Shown here piece after piece: positions 45,922 to 55,618 of a DNA stretch of 64,000 nucleotides. Origin of the DNA: a virus (taxonomy: Duplodnaviria; Caudoviricetes); the IMG/VR virus record IMGVR_UViG_3300028886_000028, positions 1 through 64,000 of that record; one strand, 5' to 3'. The position numbers and the translations under genes were made by a program. The notes below the pieces were generated by a model, which searched no databases, was not told where the DNA came from, and saw only the letters and a program-made list of their open reading frames with translations. Every line of letters begins with the position of its first letter. The stretch's first letter is position 1.

Positions 45922-47328
45922 ATGATTAGAAGAAGACGATTGTTATCCCCGGCTAAAAAAACTGTATTAATAGGAACTTTTAATATAATAAACACCGGCG
46001 CCACTAAAATAATAGGTTATGGAATTCCATCAAGTGTAGTGAAAAAAATGAAAGTTGATGGGGTTTCTGAAAAGCCTTCAAATAGATATTCTTTTACTTC
46101 AACTGGAGACCATGTTATTGAATATACATTAGTAGATTCATCTTATATACCGGGAAATTTTTTTGAAAGTTGTTCGGCTCTTACAAGTGTTGAAATGCCT
46201 GAAACTATAAAAAATATCGAATGGTATGCTTTTAGCGGTTGTACAAGGTTAACTAAAGTGAATAGTAATATTAATGGAGTATGTAATATTCCAAGTGGTG
46301 TTACAACTATTGGCGAAAATACATTCATTAAATGTAGTAGCCTCACAAGCTGCACAATAAATAGTGGCGATATTGGAAATAATGCATTTTCTGGCTGTAG
46401 TAACCTTAAAAGTTGTACTTTTAATAGTGGCGTTACTAGTATTGGCGATGGTGCTTTCAGAGCTTGTAGTGGCCTTACAAGTATAGATGTTCCTGATAGT
46501 GTAACAAGTATTGGTAACTATGCTTTCTATTATTGTAGAAGTATTACAAGTTGCACCATAGGTAGTGGTGTAACAAGTATTGGCGAATATGCTTTCTATA
46601 ATTGTGGAAGCCTTACAAGTTGTACAATAGGTGGTGGCCTTACAACTATAGGTAATAGTGCTTTTTCTAATTGTAGCGGCCTTACAAATATAGTCATGTC
46701 AAGTGGTGTTACAAGTATTGGTAACTTTGCTTTCCAGAGTTGTAATGCACTTACAAGTGTAACTATACCAGATACTGTTACAAGTATTGGTTATTATGTT
46801 TTCGCTTATTGTAAAAGCCTTACAAGCTGTACAATAGGTAGTGGCGTAACAAGTATTGGCGAACATACTTTCTATGGTTGTAGTGGCCTTACAAGTATAG
46901 ATATTCCTGATAGTGTTACAAGTATTGGTAACTATGCTTTCAGTAATTGTAAAGGTCTTACAAGTTGTACAATAGGTAGTGGTGTAACAAGTATTGGTAA
47001 TTATTCTTTCGAAGCTTGTAATGGTCTTACAAGTATAGATATTCCTGATAGTGTAACAAGTATTGGTACTTATACTTTCTTTTATTGTAATGGCCTTACA
47101 AGTTGTACCATAGGTAGCGGTGTTACAAGTATTGGAAATTCTGCTTTTTATGGGTGTAGAGGCCTTATAAATATATTATCTAACGCAACAACAGCTCCTA
47201 CAATACAAAGTAATACATTCTACTTAATCGCAGAAAATGGTACATTGTATGTTCCTATAGGTAGTAGCGGCTATGACACTTGGATGCAGAGATTAGGAAA
47301 TTATAGCTGGACAAAAGTAGAGCAATAG
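45922..47328 (+). CDS. BspA-type LRR protein (tandem paralog)
   Basis: Same start, repeats and end as 44459. Confidence 0.85.
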   Translation: MIRRRRLLSPAKKTVLIGTFNIINTGATKIIGYGIPSSVVKKMKVDGVSEKPSNRYSFTSTGDHVIEYTLVDSSYIPGNFFESCSALTSVEMPETIKNIEWYAFSGCTRLTKVNSNINGVCNIPSGVTTIGENTFIKCSSLTSCTINSGDIGNNAFSGCSNLKSCTFNSGVTSIGDGAFRACSGLTSIDVPDSVTSIGNYAFYYCRSITSCTIGSGVTSIGEYAFYNCGSLTSCTIGGGLTTIGNSAFSNCSGLTNIVMSSGVTSIGNFAFQSCNALTSVTIPDTVTSIGYYVFAYCKSLTSCTIGSGVTSIGEHTFYGCSGLTSIDIPDSVTSIGNYAFSNCKGLTSCTIGSGVTSIGNYSFEACNGLTSIDIPDSVTSIGTYTFFYCNGLTSCTIGSGVTSIGNSAFYGCRGLINILSNATTAPTIQSNTFYLIAENGTLYVPIGSSGYDTWMQRLGNYSWTKVEQ

Positions 47329-47429
47329 TGCTAAAAAAAAATCAATTAAATAGAAATTTATAAAACATTTAAGATATTTATTATAAAAGTATAATAAAGA
47401 AAATAAATAATTTTTAAAATATTTTAATT

Positions 47430-49157
47430 ATGGCAAACGCTAGAAACATAAGACTTTTACGTAATGGTGATTTGTATGCATCAGCTAATGCTGCAAGAAA
47501 TGCATTAAATAACCAAACAATAACATTAGAGCAAGATGGTACTATCATATTGGCTCGTTATGGCTCTTCAGGTACTCCTGAAGAAGTTAAAACACTTGCA
47601 GGTTTTGTCTTTTCAAATGTCAATGGGCATTCATTAACGATATTTGACGTCGATGGCTCTGGAGCTGACGTGGATGAAAAAATTCAAGATGTTTATGATA
47701 CAATAGGCAATGAATTTAACAGTGGGCATACAGTAGCAGATGCTATTGATGAAATTAATGAAATTTTAGGCGAAGGTTTTAATACCGGAAATACTGTTAC
47801 TGATGCAATAGACGAAATCAATGGTGCTATTGATGAGATTAATGATAAATTAGGCGATGGATTCGACAGTGCAAATACAGTAGCAGATGCTATTAACGAT
47901 ATTAATGATGCTTTAGGCGAAGGTTTTGATGCTGAAAACACTGTTGCTGATGCTATTGATGAATTGAAAGGCAATACTGCAAGCACAAGCGCAGATACTT
48001 CTATAGAAGGTGCTAAAAAGTATGCTGACGAAAAAGATAATGAACTTGAAGAAAAATTAAAGGGTAATACTGCAAGTACCGGTAGTGAAGAGTCAATAGC
48101 AGGTGCTAAGGCATATACTGATGAAAAGATTAGCGGTTTGTCAGCAACTTCTGTTTCTGCTGATGGCAAAGTTATTATTAATATAACTCAGAACAATGGT
48201 AAAATTAGCGCAACAACTGGTGATATTACAGATATAAAGCTTAACAGTTATTCTAAAGATTCTTCAACTGGCGCAATTACGTCAGCCGATACCATTAATT
48301 CCGCATTATCAAAAATTGAAAACAGCATTAATGCTGCTGCTGACATTAAAATTGAAAAGGTTACTACTGGTCTTCCTGAAACAATTAAGGAAAGCTATAA
48401 ATTGCTTGCAAGTGATAATTCACAACTTGGTGATAGCATTGATATTCCAAAGGACAGCCATATTGTAAGTATAAATTATATCACAACAGGAGAACATGCG
48501 CAAAACCTTGAATATGTATATGTTGATGTATCAGGTAATTCTCAAACTACATATGTAGATATGTCAGAACTTGTTCTTGAAACAGAGTTTGCAAGTGGTA
48601 TAACAGTTACTAACCATATCGCTCATGGTAAAGTTGACACAACTTCTGAGAAAGATAGTAACAATGCAGATTTCTTAACCGTAGGAGCAGATGGATTTAA
48701 AGTAAATGGAATTAAGGCTGAAATTGATGCAAAAATTAATCCTTTAAGTGGTAAAACAGTAACTGAGATTATTTCTTCTAATTCAAGTATTAGTGCAGCA
48801 TCAACATCGGCAACTGATGGTACTGTTAAGTATGATGTCGTGACAGACGCATCTAAGATTAAGATGGCAGGCTTCACGGCAGATACAAGTGGCTTTACTG
48901 GTATTACCACAGCAACATCTGTTTCTGATGCAGTAAAGGAAATTGAAACATCTATTATAAATAATGAACAAGTTGTATCTTCTTCATTAAATGACCTTAA
49001 TACAAGAGTGTTGGCTGCTAAGTCTGAAGTTACGTCTAGTAATGATGCAGCAGCTAGTGGAGAAACAGCAGCTATAGTTGTTACAGAGGAAACAGGAAGT
49101 GATGGCCAAACAATTTATACTTTACAGTTAGGAACAATTGATTGTGGAACGTATTAA
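47430..49157 (+). CDS. Fibre-like virion protein
   Basis: LG.GF...NTVADAIDE repeats; ends IDCGTY. Confidence 0.7.
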   Translation: MANARNIRLLRNGDLYASANAARNALNNQTITLEQDGTIILARYGSSGTPEEVKTLAGFVFSNVNGHSLTIFDVDGSGADVDEKIQDVYDTIGNEFNSGHTVADAIDEINEILGEGFNTGNTVTDAIDEINGAIDEINDKLGDGFDSANTVADAINDINDALGEGFDAENTVADAIDELKGNTASTSADTSIEGAKKYADEKDNELEEKLKGNTASTGSEESIAGAKAYTDEKISGLSATSVSADGKVIINITQNNGKISATTGDITDIKLNSYSKDSSTGAITSADTINSALSKIENSINAAADIKIEKVTTGLPETIKESYKLLASDNSQLGDSIDIPKDSHIVSINYITTGEHAQNLEYVYVDVSGNSQTTYVDMSELVLETEFASGITVTNHIAHGKVDTTSEKDSNNADFLTVGADGFKVNGIKAEIDAKINPLSGKTVTEIISSNSSISAASTSATDGTVKYDVVTDASKIKMAGFTADTSGFTGITTATSVSDAVKEIETSIINNEQVVSSSLNDLNTRVLAAKSEVTSSNDAAASGETAAIVVTEETGSDGQTIYTLQLGTIDCGTY

Positions 49158-49160
49158 CAT

Positions 49161-49191
49161 AAAAAGCCCTATTTTAACAATAGGGCTTTTT
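49161..49191. terminator. Bidirectional terminator
   Basis: aaaagccctatt-ttaac-aatagggctttt. Confidence 0.85.
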
Positions 49192-49228
49192 CATGAGAAT
49201 AAATTTAAAATTATTTAAAACTGAGTGT

Positions 49229-50407
49229 TTATTTGTTTACAGAATTATATGTATTTTGCGAAACAACAACAACTTGTGCTTCTTTTAAATCATCAAGCGT
49301 TCTTGAATTTGTATAACTCATTGCTGATTTAAGATAATCTGTCATATTTTCAGTCCATGTTTTCATTGTATAGGTGACTGGCAATGTTTTTTCTATTCCT
49401 TCGCTTGTATGCACTTTCTTGCCTTTCATTGCTATTTGTCCAGCTTTTGAAGCCATACCGTAAAATTTTGCTTCTATGCCGCCTATCACCTTATTCTTTT
49501 TTTCAATGTTGCGACCGTCTTTTTTCATTTTTTCAACAAAATCATCTGTGTAATCCCCATACCAACAATTATTTTCAAATTTTAAATTTTCGTATCTTTC
49601 AATTGGAAATCTTAATTGTAATTTTTTCCCAGTTGAACTATCTTTATCCATTATCTTCATGGCGGCAGATTCTAACATTTTTGAAAATACACTTCCAATC
49701 ATAACATAGTCGGCCCCTAACGCAATGGCTTTAATTACATCTGAATAATTTCTAATTCCACCATCTGCAACTATTTTCGTTAATTTATTTTTATCAACTC
49801 CACGTTCTATAAATTCTTTTTTAATAGCGGCTATTTCTGATATGAGAGAAGCAATAGGATAGCCAACTGATGTGTTACTAGAAGTTATGCAGCCGGCCCC
49901 TGTACCTATAGAGCATCTAACATAATCAACCTTGCTTTCAACGCATACTCTGTATGTTTCAGGGTTTGCTATATTTCCAACCATTACTTGAATTTTATCT
50001 CCATATATTTCTTTAGATTTCCTTACTAAATCGTAAAGTCTAGCAACGTGGCCATTTGCAATATCTATAAGAGCCTTAATATTATCAGCCGTTACTATTT
50101 TCCCTTTTGTAAATTCTTCTTCAAATTCTTGTAATGAAAATGCTGCCCAATATCCATCACAAGAATAATTAATTCTATGCTCAAGAGATTCTGTTCTAGG
50201 CAATATTGGAGTTATTTTATTTTCTATGAATTTAGAAAAATTTTCAATGTTAACAACGCTATCCATTGGGGCTGTAAATAATGGCAGCATTCCATTTTCG
50301 TTATAAGGGTTGCATTCTGCTCTATGTTCTATTGTTGATAGCATTGCAGGTTTTACCATTATATCATTATAACTGTATTTCATTGCAGCGTTCGTCAATT
50401 TTCCCAT
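49229..50407 (-). CDS. IMP dehydrogenase / GMP reductase family enzyme
   Basis: APMDSV, IDIANGH, GNIA, IGTGAGCIT (catalytic Cys), ADGGI, ALGADYVMIG, FYGMAS. Confidence 0.88.
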   Translation of the reverse strand: MGKLTNAAMKYSYNDIMVKPAMLSTIEHRAECNPYNENGMLPLFTAPMDSVVNIENFSKFIENKITPILPRTESLEHRINYSCDGYWAAFSLQEFEEEFTKGKIVTADNIKALIDIANGHVARLYDLVRKSKEIYGDKIQVMVGNIANPETYRVCVESKVDYVRCSIGTGAGCITSSNTSVGYPIASLISEIAAIKKEFIERGVDKNKLTKIVADGGIRNYSDVIKAIALGADYVMIGSVFSKMLESAAMKIMDKDSSTGKKLQLRFPIERYENLKFENNCWYGDYTDDFVEKMKKDGRNIEKKNKVIGGIEAKFYGMASKAGQIAMKGKKVHTSEGIEKTLPVTYTMKTWTENMTDYLKSAMSYTNSRTLDDLKEAQVVVVSQNTYNSVNK

Positions 50408-50915
50408 AATCAATTCCATTTTCACTTTTATAAAAAATGTTTTTTACAATATCTTTTCCTTCAATTTTATGTATGCTAAATATTGTCCTGTCAAATTCTG
50501 TCATGTAATTTACATCTTTAATATGAAAGATGTTTTTATTTATTTTAAGTATTCTCCCAACTCTTGTGGCGCAACAACAATCAGTAAATTCTACAATATC
50601 TCCAACACATACGTTATGCTGTAAAAAAAAATTTTCCTTTACAAATTCTTTCCATTTTTTGTTTAGTTTATAGAAATACTTTCTTTCTTTAGAATTATGG
50701 TCGCCAAGAAAAATAGCACTATGTTTGAATACTTCATAAAAAATCATTTCAATGCCATTTTGAAATACTGAATTACGCATGTCTATTATGTAAGGTGCTA
50801 TTAGCCTATTAATTTTTATATGATTTAACGAATTACGTTTTTTAATTTGGCATTTTAATGGCCAATAAATACCGTTATCTTTAAGAAATCTGTATAGTAA
50901 TTGTTCTAGTGTCAT
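50367..50915 (-). CDS. Hypothetical protein
   Basis: ORF within the minus-strand operon. Confidence 0.6.
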   Translation of the reverse strand: MTLEQLLYRFLKDNGIYWPLKCQIKKRNSLNHIKINRLIAPYIIDMRNSVFQNGIEMIFYEVFKHSAIFLGDHNSKERKYFYKLNKKWKEFVKENFFLQHNVCVGDIVEFTDCCCATRVGRILKINKNIFHIKDVNYMTEFDRTIFSIHKIEGKDIVKNIFYKSENGIDYGKIDERCNEIQL

Positions 50916-50919
50916 TTTG

Positions 50920-51690
50920 TCATTTTTTTAAATCAGTACTACCAAAAGCGCCGTCGCCTCTTTCTGTTTCTGATAGTTGTTCCCTTTCAGATAATTTAAC
51001 ATTAGGGTAAGGTAAAACTACCATTTGACCTATTTTTTCTCCTATTTTATATGGAGCAAATAGCATTGGGTTTTTAAAAACATAATTCCACGATTCAATG
51101 CTTTCTTTTTGTGCATTTTCTACTGATTTTCCTTCATTAATATAATTGAAAAATGAAATAGTTCTGCTTTCAAGTGCTACTTGCCTCAATGAAGTTCTAT
51201 TTTTATAACAAAAAATAATTTCTCCGCGATATATAGCAGAATCTGCTATACCAACATGATTGCAAAGGTACGCTTCAGTTTTTCTGTTAGAACTTCTTGG
51301 AAATAAAAATATTCCATAGTGCAAATCGCTTTCAAAAGCAAGTCCAGTGTGGTATAGATAGCAATCCATATCGGCATTATATTCAACATCAATTGCAGTA
51401 AAATCCATTCCAACGTCACCATTATGGGCGTATGTTGGCATTACTGCTCTTTCATCTAGTTTTTTGAATTTTATTTCCAATGGAGATAACCCTATTGCTT
51501 CTTTTGCAAATGTTATAAAATCTTTTCTGTCACTTATAATTTCCCTTTCTTCTCCGCTAGTTGTTGGAGTTATTTTTGTAATGATGTGCTTTGTTAGTTT
51601 TTCATCATCTTTTTTAGACTTATCTGATATTTCGTTTAAAAAATTGATTTTTTTAAAAATATCATTAATTTTAATACTTTCTTCCATCAT
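50920..51690 (-). CDS. dut: Trimeric dUTPase
   Basis: GMDF, PRSS, GIADS.YRGEI, IGQ, RGDGAFGST. Confidence 0.9.
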   Translation of the reverse strand: MMEESIKINDIFKKINFLNEISDKSKKDDEKLTKHIITKITPTTSGEEREIISDRKDFITFAKEAIGLSPLEIKFKKLDERAVMPTYAHNGDVGMDFTAIDVEYNADMDCYLYHTGLAFESDLHYGIFLFPRSSNRKTEAYLCNHVGIADSAIYRGEIIFCYKNRTSLRQVALESRTISFFNYINEGKSVENAQKESIESWNYVFKNPMLFAPYKIGEKIGQMVVLPYPNVKLSEREQLSETERGDGAFGSTDLKK

Positions 51691-52256
51691 TAAGTAGTTT
51701 TTATTGTGTTATTTGCCTCAAGATAAACCATTTCATTTGCCTGCCTTATTATAGATGCCATTATGCTTGAATGCCATCTTGCCTGGTCATCACTCAAATC
51801 CCTATCATTTATCGTCATAGCTTCTGCTTCTTCTGCTGTAAATTGTATTCCACAGTTTGTTGCTATAATAAGTGAATGTAAACCGGTTCTGATAGATGGT
51901 TGTTTTTCAGAATATTTATAAATTATTCCTCTTTTTTCTATTTCCCATTCATTATCATTTTTTTCTAATCTTATCGCCTTTGCTATTTGGTGAAGTAGAC
52001 AAATTTTAACAAGAGAATTTTTATCAACCTGTAATTCTTTTGGTAGCATTTCGTTAATTTTAATCGCATATGGGGTTAATTTATATAACAAAGTATTTAT
52101 TAATGCCCCATCATACGCCAAGCCGCTTGTTGATAAATGACTAAACGGCGCATCGGCAATTTTTTCTCCAATTGTATCGGCTAAATTTGTTGTTTCAATT
52201 CCGATTTGATTTAACTTTTTCAAATAAAGTTCATAATTTTTTAATTTATCTGCCAT
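51690..52256 (-). CDS. Degenerate HD-domain-like protein
   Basis: AP.S..AY.G.L..LLHQIAK..L...EA.A pattern, with HD replaced by HQ. Confidence 0.5.
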   Translation of the reverse strand: MADKLKNYELYLKKLNQIGIETTNLADTIGEKIADAPFSHLSTSGLAYDGALINTLLYKLTPYAIKINEMLPKELQVDKNSLVKICLLHQIAKAIRLEKNDNEWEIEKRGIIYKYSEKQPSIRTGLHSLIIATNCGIQFTAEEAEAMTINDRDLSDDQARWHSSIMASIIRQANEMVYLEANNTIKTT

Positions 52257-52288
52257 AATTATATGTTTTTTAAAAATGAATTCTATTG

Positions 52289-52318
52289 CAAATATACAAA
52301 AAATTGTTAAAAAACAAA
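52289..52318 (-). promoter_or_regulatory. Bacteroidota primary-sigma promoter
   Basis: TTTG-N18-TATATTTG. Confidence 0.7.
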
Positions 52319-52375
52319 AAAAAAGGCAAACTTTTTAAAAAAGTAAGCCTTTAATGATAGGTTTAATAAAATATT

Positions 52376-53596
52376 TTAATTATGTACAGATTTATCTACA
52401 ATTGATTTATACAACTTAACTCTTTCTGCGCAAACTGCTTCAATGGAATATTTGTCTTTTACATAATTGTATAAATTATCTTGTAATTTTTTTAGCATAT
52501 CAGGATTTTCTGCTAATTTATTTATGTATTTTGTCCAATCTTTATGATTTTTTCTTGAATCTACCAATAAACAATTTCCATTTTCGTTTATCTTACCACC
52601 AAATTCAATCATTGGTATTGCATCTATTGTATACGCCCCAAAATTCTGTGCAATTAATGCTGTATGCGTAAATCCTGCTTCAATTGTTTTAAGCTGCGAT
52701 TTCATTTGATTAAATTCGTTTTCTTTCAATGGAGCAAGTAGTACATCTACGTTTTCATAATGAGTAGCATATTCTGTAATATTACGTGTCCACATTCTTC
52801 TATACTTTTCATTAACAAATGGGTCATCAACTCCTTTCATGAACCCCATAAGGAAATCTTTATGCTCTTGAGAAAGTCCTTTATAATTGCCTGTAATTAT
52901 TTTTTCATAGGTGAACCATACACTTTCTTCTGGTTTAATTGGACGTTGTGTTTTCTCTCCAGTATCTCTATTGTAAGTAGTGATAGTTCCGTTTGTATCG
53001 AAACCGCATAACACTATTTGAACATTGTCATTAACCCTATTAACCAAATCTCCAAGCAATTCAATGTCTTTTAAATGAGACGAGCCACAAATTATTCCTA
53101 CTCTCATTTTATCTGACTTTTTCTTCTCCTGAATGTATTGTTTTTCGTTAGGGTTAATTGCATTAGGCAAAACATATACATTTTTATTGTGCTTGCTTAA
53201 TTCCTTTGCAAAAATAGGAGTTGTTGTCGTAACATAATCTGCAAGTTTTAGGTGGCTAATTATAGGTTCGTGCCATTTTTCTTTTTTTGCAGTCAAAGAC
53301 ATTGGGTGGTCATTTCCTAATTTGTAGTGGTCATCAATATCAATAATTACTGGTATTTCCAAAAATTTAATCATTTTCATAATTTCACAGTTCCTGTCTA
53401 ACTGTTTATGAATATGAATTAAATCGTATTTTTTCAAATAAGTGTCTAAATTTTCTTTTGGCAAATTGTAAACAATATCAATATCGAATTCATCTTTATA
53501 ATGTTCCGCAATATAAACATGAGGGTCTACAGAACGGAACTTGCCCACTCCAGTCCTATCGGACGGTATCACTAACATTTTAATTTTTTTATCCAT
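52376..53596 (-). CDS. GT-B fold glycosyltransferase
   Basis: G.G.FR..P, IDIDD, ADYVTTTT, VLPNAI, LAPL..N.FN..KS.LK.IEAG. Confidence 0.8.
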   Translation of the reverse strand: MDKKIKMLVIPSDRTGVGKFRSVDPHVYIAEHYKDEFDIDIVYNLPKENLDTYLKKYDLIHIHKQLDRNCEIMKMIKFLEIPVIIDIDDHYKLGNDHPMSLTAKKEKWHEPIISHLKLADYVTTTTPIFAKELSKHNKNVYVLPNAINPNEKQYIQEKKKSDKMRVGIICGSSHLKDIELLGDLVNRVNDNVQIVLCGFDTNGTITTYNRDTGEKTQRPIKPEESVWFTYEKIITGNYKGLSQEHKDFLMGFMKGVDDPFVNEKYRRMWTRNITEYATHYENVDVLLAPLKENEFNQMKSQLKTIEAGFTHTALIAQNFGAYTIDAIPMIEFGGKINENGNCLLVDSRKNHKDWTKYINKLAENPDMLKKLQDNLYNYVKDKYSIEAVCAERVKLYKSIVDKSVHN

Positions 53597-53669
53597 GCTT
53601 ATCGTTTTTATAAAAAATATTATTTTTATTTGCATAATCAAGTTTTATTGATATATAAAAAGGTGAATC

Positions 53670-54398
53670 TTAAGATTCACCTTTAATATTTTTTTTAAAT
53701 TCTAATTTCCCTTCATACAAATTACCAGATTTTGTTACAATTGCTATTTTTTTATCTGTAATTTGTATTGCATTAATTTCATCTAAATTAGGTATTGATT
53801 TATTTTCGTTTAGCATTTTTTTACCTAGTGCGTTTACATATTTTTTAACAGATGACTCAACTATTGCCTTAATCATTTCATAATCTATTTTTGAAGTAGT
53901 TTGATTTTGTTGAGGTATATAATTTTCTTGTTGGGCTTGTAAATTATTATCAGTTATACCTATTTTGTCAAGAATAGATGTATTAGGATTAAACGCACTT
54001 TGGTCTATATAATTGTTACTAAATGATTCTAGTATTTCTTTTGGTAAACTTTTATTGATTTGAGCGTGAGATTGCATTGGTTGAGAAGGCTGAGATTTTC
54101 TGCTTTCTGCATATTGTTTCATCCTATTGTCAATATCATTATATAATTTTTCTTCGCTAGTATCATTAGAGTAATTTTCATTTATTTTATTTATAGACGT
54201 TCCATTTGAGCCATATGAAGGAGCAATATTTTCGAAACCTGTCATAACAGGAGCACTTGAACTCTTTAAACTTCTGTAAGTTCTTTCCCTGTCTTCTTGG
54301 CGTTCTTTTATTATTTTGCTATCAATTTTTGCATCATCATGAATCATTTTTCGTGCTTTATCTTTAATAGCATCAAATTTACTAATATCCATTGCCAT
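53670..54398 (-). CDS. Hypothetical protein
   Basis: Long ORF in a late operon; terminator at 53659-53684. Confidence 0.7.
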   Translation of the reverse strand: MAMDISKFDAIKDKARKMIHDDAKIDSKIIKERQEDRERTYRSLKSSSAPVMTGFENIAPSYGSNGTSINKINENYSNDTSEEKLYNDIDNRMKQYAESRKSQPSQPMQSHAQINKSLPKEILESFSNNYIDQSAFNPNTSILDKIGITDNNLQAQQENYIPQQNQTTSKIDYEMIKAIVESSVKKYVNALGKKMLNENKSIPNLDEINAIQITDKKIAIVTKSGNLYEGKLEFKKNIKGES

Positions 54399-55141
54399 TA
54401 TTTTTCATCATTTTTTTTATCATTATTTTTAGTGTTAATCGGCCCCTGCTTATTTTGTTGCGGGGCTTTTACGCTATTTTGTAACATTAAATTTTTTTGT
54501 TGCTCTTTTTCTGCTTCTGCTTTTGACCAAATATCATCATCAAACCTATTAAAATCGTTTTCAGTATCTTTTATGTTTTTAGCATATTGAGCATATTTTT
54601 TACTATTTGGCTGAGAAGTGAATACGTTCTTTTTCCATTGCTGATTTGCGTATGGAATTGGCCCTTGATTGTTTTTAGAAGATATTTTAGGCACATTTCT
54701 AACAAACTCTCTTTGTGCTTTGACAAAGGATAAAGTGTCATCTAAATCATTGTTAAATTTAACTTGGGAATATACTACACTCATAGAGCCATCACCCTCT
54801 TCATTGTATTCAGGTGTGTCATATCCTTGCATTGGTGGCGGTATATTAAATGTTTTATTACTTGGTTGCCAATAATTAATGCCAGACAGTAAAAACATTT
54901 TCCATCCTGGTTGCCCTCTTAATGAATCTCCAGATACTTGAAACGCTCTTAATGCTTCATTTCCCGCTTTTGTAAGCCCATAATCATAAGGTTGAATCAA
55001 ACGTTTTCCTGGCGCGCTATTGTTTTCATCAGAATATTCTATTGTGACATATCTGCGTTTATTAATAACATCAACCACTTCGTTTGACCCAACCGACTCA
55101 TTTAAAACCTTTTGTAAAATTTCACATAGATTTAATGACAT
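54398..55141 (-). CDS. WYL-like domain protein
   Basis: VTIEY..G.R.IQPY.YG..LRAFQ..GWKMF.L..I. Confidence 0.6.
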   Translation of the reverse strand: MSLNLCEILQKVLNESVGSNEVVDVINKRRYVTIEYSDENNSAPGKRLIQPYDYGLTKAGNEALRAFQVSGDSLRGQPGWKMFLLSGINYWQPSNKTFNIPPPMQGYDTPEYNEEGDGSMSVVYSQVKFNNDLDDTLSFVKAQREFVRNVPKISSKNNQGPIPYANQQWKKNVFTSQPNSKKYAQYAKNIKDTENDFNRFDDDIWSKAEAEKEQQKNLMLQNSVKAPQQNKQGPINTKNNDKKNDEK

Positions 55142-55151
55142 GGTAAATTAA

Positions 55152-55562
55152 TTATAAATGTTTAATTGTTTGACCTATGTAGTACTGACCTTGTGCTATA
55201 TTTTCAGCAGTGTTAATTAAATCTGCCCCATACTGATTTTCATAGTTATACTTTGAACTGCGTATAGATTTTTCACGGCCGCCAACATCGTTCCTACCAT
55301 TAATATCATATGAGCCTCCGCCGTTGAACGTGTCAAAATTACTATAATCAATCATGTTTGTTGGCTTAGTACAATCTGGTTGCCAAGCATTATGGCCACC
55401 ATGACCAGTACCTTTACCCTGAGGGTCTCCATCGCTCAATGCATCTTTGTGAGTTGGGCCATAAGGTCTTAACTCGTTATAGTCACTTTTATTAATTTCA
55501 TTACTTCTTTCATCAATGCCTCTTTTTTCGAGACAAGATTGACCATTTTCAAATGTTGCCAT
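55152..55562 (-). CDS. Hypothetical (putative virion) protein
   Basis: Late motif at 55595-55603; DALSDGD..GKGTG. Confidence 0.65.
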   Translation of the reverse strand: MATFENGQSCLEKRGIDERSNEINKSDYNELRPYGPTHKDALSDGDPQGKGTGHGGHNAWQPDCTKPTNMIDYSNFDTFNGGGSYDINGRNDVGGREKSIRSSKYNYENQYGADLINTAENIAQGQYYIGQTIKHL

Positions 55563-55618
55563 ATCTGTTTAAATTTTAAATATTTTATTTTATATATAAA
55601 TAGTTATTTACTATGTTT

